Assembly: GCF_009914755.1 (NCBI RefSeq)
Contig: NC_060927.1
DNA length: 64,000 bases
From: the human T2T-CHM13v2.0 reference genome, Homo sapiens
Strand: one strand, 5' to 3'
Of this stretch, positions 63,346 to 64,000 are shown one piece after another. The translations under genes were made by a program, and so were the position numbers. The notes under the pieces were generated by a model. That model ran no database searches. It was not told where the DNA came from and was given only the letters and a program-made list of their open reading frames with translations. How positions within the stretch are numbered: the first letter of the stretch is position 1; the number at the start of each line of letters is the position of its first letter.

Positions 63346-64000
63346 GTTTCAATTTATTATAATTATTAATTTACTTGAAGAAACAAATCTAAATGAACAA
63401 AATTGGAAAATAAATGCACTTTAAAATGTCAAAATAAGAATACATTAGGATGTAAAATGGGAAAACATTTTATTCTCTGAAACGTAAATGAGGGATGGCT
63501 TATTCAACATGGATAGTTTTACTCCTATATGATGGTGGGCAATTAACCCAGCCTTTCCCCATGAGTAAGCTCATCTGATCCTTCCCATTGGAGTAGGTCT
63601 GATGGGCACCACTTTCTCAATCTGCAGGGGAAGAAACTGAGCTCAGAGAGGTGAAGATTAGTTCAAAAATTAGAATGGGGAATACAATCCAATGCTTTTC
63701 CCCCAGACATTTTATGCAGAATTCCAGGGGGCCGGTGGGGTCCATTGTGAAATGTATGTCCTACTGCAAGGGGACCGGGGAGCTACAGTCCAGCACTTAG
63801 GCAGGGCTGCATTTCCTGGGAGGCAGACAACTTTCCTTAGCTGAAACCGACTCTTCAGATGTCAAGCCACATGTTCAAAGTGCTGAATCCACCCAGAGAG
63901 GGTGCCTTTTGCTAATTCAGACCAGGGAATGCTGTTGGCTAGCTGGGTCCTCAGCCAGTCTGTGCCCCACACTTTAGTTCCAAGGTTCCTCTTGTGGAGC

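Overview
Primate (human-like) non-coding DNA dominated by interspersed repeats. No host protein-coding exon, RNA gene or CpG-island promoter could be recognised, so the locus cannot be named from sequence alone. Main features: a full-length but inactivated L1PA2-like LINE-1 (52599-58622) nested in an ancient L1M, and a 5'-truncated L1PA3/4-like LINE-1 (14904-17337), both on + with clear target-site duplications (TSDs). Also 17 Alus (J, S and Y classes) and many old MIR, L2, L1M, MLT1/LTR16 and hAT (MER1B, MER33, MER5A, Charlie-like) relics. The only real protein-coding ORFs are L1 ORF1/ORF2 fragments and a truncated antisense ORF0. I found no evidence of a novel multi-gene system. The most notable observations concern genome dynamics: (1) the two young L1s, 41 kb apart, share the same two non-consensus substitutions, one a stop codon, in a 134-bp identical tract (possible gene conversion); (2) a ~245-bp, ~92% identical non-tandem local duplication with a templated junction, and a separate 43-bp dispersed copy; (3) a tail-less Alu that keeps its TSD; (4) two independent insertions at the same homologous site in two different old L1 copies; (5) several template-switch scars and palindromes. 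Subfamily calls were made by eye against recalled consensus sequences, and boundaries of old repeats are approximate.
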